Below, in pieces: positions 42,169 through 44,310 of a stretch of 44,310 nt of DNA. Positions within the stretch are counted from its first letter, which is position 1. The number at the start of each line of letters is the position of its first letter. The translations under genes and the position numbers were made by a program. The stretch covers positions 1-44,310 of the forward strand of contig CALVXV010000001.1 in the NCBI GenBank assembly GCA_944371685.1. Reading direction: 5' to 3'. Under the pieces are notes generated by a model, which was not told the DNA's origin, searched no databases, and saw nothing but the letters and a program-made list of their open reading frames with translations. The stretch comes from an uncultured Bacilli bacterium. GTDB lineage: Bacteria; Bacillota_I; Bacilli_A; RF39; UBA660.

Positions 42169-44161
42169 TATCTTTGTCATCATATATGTTATTTTTGCTA
42201 TACACTATAAACCTATAAGTAAATATTCTATAGATGATAATAATGTAGAAGGTTATATTTACGATTGCCAAAGGCAAGATGATAAAACTATTTTAAAAAT
42301 AAAAGGCAAAGAAAATATTTTAATTAATTATTATAATGATTTTGATTGTAAATTAGGTATTAAAATAAGAGCGACCGGGGAGGTTAAAAAGCCAAGTCAA
42401 AATACTAATTTTAATCTTTTTAATTATCAAAATTATTTACTCTCTGAGAAAATTAATTATACTTTTTTAGCGCGTAATATTAACATTGTTAATGCAAAAG
42501 TCAATATTTTTTATAAAATAAAAAATTATCTTTATCAGCATATTAAAAATTATAAGAGTGAAAATTATTTAAAAGCTTTAGTTTTAGGTAACGATGATGA
42601 TATAAATATTGGGGTTAAGGGAAGTTATCAAACAAATGGAATTAGTCATTTAATTGCCATATCTGGCACGCAAATAACCTTGTTTTCTTGTTTACTTCTT
42701 TATATTTTTAATAAAATTTTTTCTAAAAATATATCTTATTTATTAACTATTCTTTTGCTTCTTTTTTATCTTTTTGTAACGAATTTTCAAGCATCAATTT
42801 TAAGAGCTACTTTGTTTTTTATCATTTTAACTATTAATAAACAGTTTGAACTAAAAATAGACAGTTATATATTATTAATTATTACATGTGGTATTCTTTT
42901 AGTTTTTAATCCATTTTATATATATAGTTTGGGCTTTCTTTTATCGTTTGTGACGTCATTTTTTCTTTTGATTTTCTCAAGTATTATTAATAAACAAAAA
43001 AATTATCTTTTTAAAAATTTAAATATATCTTTAATTGCTTTTTTGGCAAGTGCGCCGATATTAATAAATAATTTTTTTCAGTTAAATTTATTATCACCAT
43101 TAATTAATTTATATTTTGTGCCTATTATGACGTTCGTTATATATCCTTTATCTCTTTTAACCTTTATTTTTAAACCATTAGATGATATATTGTTTATTTT
43201 AATTCAAATAATGGAAAATGCGTCGCTTATTATCTCTCAAATAAACTTTTTGAATTTAACTTTTCATCATATGAATATATTAGTTTTTATTTTATACTAT
43301 ATTTTAATCGTATTTATATTATATAAATGGTCAAAAGGTAAAAATTATTTATCTTTATTTTTTATAGTTTTAATTATTCATCATAATATTAATTATCTAA
43401 ATCCATATTCTACATTGACGATGCTTGATGTTGGTCAAGGTGATTCAATTTTAATTAAATTAAAAAATAATAAAGGAAATATTTTAATTGATACTGGTGG
43501 TCAACAAGCTTATGATGGCAAAACACCTTATGATATTGCAAAAAACATTACTATTCCATATTTAAAGTCTGAAGGCATCGATCATTTGGACTATTTAATT
43601 TTAACTCATGGTGATTTTGACCATGCCGGCATGGCAATAAACTTAATTAAAAATTTTAAAGTAAATCATTTAATTTTAAATAAGGAAAATAATGATTTGG
43701 AAAATAAAATTACAAAAGCATTTAAAGGAAAAATCACAAATATTTCAAGAGGAGTAGTTACAATTAATAATATAAAATTAAATTTTTTAAATGGTTTAAA
43801 TAAGCATAATGAAAATGATGATAGTCTTATTATTTATACGAAAATTGACAGCCAGAATATATTATTAATGGGAGATGCTTCAAAAGAAAGTGAAAAATAT
43901 TTATTAAATACATATAATTTACCTAAAATGGATATACTAAAAGTAGGACATCATGGATCTAGCACAAGTTCATCAAAAGAATTTATTGAAGTAATATCTC
44001 CTAAGATATCTTTAATTTCTGCCGGCAAAAATAATGTATATGGTCACCCCCACCAAATAACTTTACAAACATTAAAAAATAGTAAAATTTTTACTACTAA
44101 AAAAGATGGTGCGATTAAAATTAATTTAACCAAAAACACCATCTTAACCCAGGCCCGCTAA
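42110..44161 (+). CDS. comEC: DNA internalisation competence protein ComEC/Rec2
   Basis: It has a polytopic competence domain (GISHLIAISGTQI) and a C-terminal MBL domain (MLDVGQGDSILI, LILTHGDFDHAG, VGHHGS). The start is uncertain: ATG 42110 overlaps comEA by 59 nt, and ATG 42137 is an alternative. Confidence 0.9.
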   Translation: MSQVLVIVFMKKLKIILPFSIFVIIYVIFAIHYKPISKYSIDDNNVEGYIYDCQRQDDKTILKIKGKENILINYYNDFDCKLGIKIRATGEVKKPSQNTNFNLFNYQNYLLSEKINYTFLARNINIVNAKVNIFYKIKNYLYQHIKNYKSENYLKALVLGNDDDINIGVKGSYQTNGISHLIAISGTQITLFSCLLLYIFNKIFSKNISYLLTILLLLFYLFVTNFQASILRATLFFIILTINKQFELKIDSYILLIITCGILLVFNPFYIYSLGFLLSFVTSFFLLIFSSIINKQKNYLFKNLNISLIAFLASAPILINNFFQLNLLSPLINLYFVPIMTFVIYPLSLLTFIFKPLDDILFILIQIMENASLIISQINFLNLTFHHMNILVFILYYILIVFILYKWSKGKNYLSLFFIVLIIHHNINYLNPYSTLTMLDVGQGDSILIKLKNNKGNILIDTGGQQAYDGKTPYDIAKNITIPYLKSEGIDHLDYLILTHGDFDHAGMAINLIKNFKVNHLILNKENNDLENKITKAFKGKITNISRGVVTINNIKLNFLNGLNKHNENDDSLIIYTKIDSQNILLMGDASKESEKYLLNTYNLPKMDILKVGHHGSSTSSSKEFIEVISPKISLISAGKNNVYGHPHQITLQTLKNSKIFTTKKDGAIKINLTKNTILTQAR

Positions 44162-44184
44162 TGCATTAGCGTTTTATATAGATT

Positions 44185-44209
44185 GACTGCTTTTTAAGCA
44201 GTCTTTTTA
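44185..44209 (+). terminator. Rho-independent terminator after comEC
   Basis: GACTGCTT (44185-44192) pairs with AAGCAGTC (44196-44203) and is followed by TTTTT. Confidence 0.75.
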
Positions 44210-44230
44210 AATGTTATTAAATAAGTTGCT

Positions 44231-44310
44231 TTATTTTTGTTTATCTTTGATTATAATATCAACACCACATATATCAGCAATTTTTATTAAATCTTCAAAA
44301 AAGTATCTAT
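44231..44310 (-). CDS. 3' end of a minus-strand gene running off the right edge (possibly HTH-type regulator)
   Basis: The reverse frame reads ...RYFFEDLIKIADICGVDIIIKDKQK* with its stop at 44231-44233. '...L.KIA..(L/C)GV' resembles the end of an XRE HTH domain. It is too short to be sure. Confidence 0.3.
   Translation of the reverse strand, partial: RYFFEDLIKIADICGVDIIIKDKQK

Noticed and set aside
1-44310. Search by eye for CRISPR arrays, tRNA/rRNA genes, long direct repeats or intact transposase/integrase genes.
   Set aside because: No regularly spaced repeats, no cloverleaf-like GC-rich segments and no recombinase-like ORFs were seen. Only the TnpB relic and the 23-nt duplication were found. 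A computational scan (tRNAscan-SE, Infernal, minced, self-dotplot) would be needed to be definitive.

Overview
AT-rich, low-GC Bacillota (Firmicutes) chromosome segment from a spore-former; Erysipelotrichia/Clostridia-like is only an inference from gene content. Most of the window is conserved housekeeping backbone in Bacillus-like order: nfeD-SPFH, yqfC-yqfD, vanZ-like, ybeY-dgkA-era-yqzL-recO, T-box-glyQS, amidase, sepF-divIVA, T-box(Ile)-hydrolase-murF-ddl-ileS, and at the right end a SEDS protein and comEA-comEC. Two accessory-looking patches interrupt it. Patch 1 (about 19.85-27.3 kb) holds a TnpB C-terminal relic, an XRE/secreted-protein module, an intact pro-sigK, and a convergent restriction-modification pair: an HNH/zinc-ribbon endonuclease and an 805-aa methyltransferase with two motif I / (S)PP(Y/F) modules. 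An unannotated 36-aa AbrB-like ORF lies beside it. Patch 2 (about 33.3-40.0 kb) starts with a decayed second copy of the XRE/secreted-protein module. It then carries the most interesting feature of the window, a six-gene same-strand cluster: CYTH-like, viperin-like radical SAM, LysR, then CMP-kinase fused to a second radical SAM, MBL-fold hydrolase, second CYTH-like. I read this as a candidate undescribed nucleotide-modifying system (antiviral or signalling). No rRNA, tRNA or CRISPR array was seen. All family assignments come from motifs read by eye; no database search was run.
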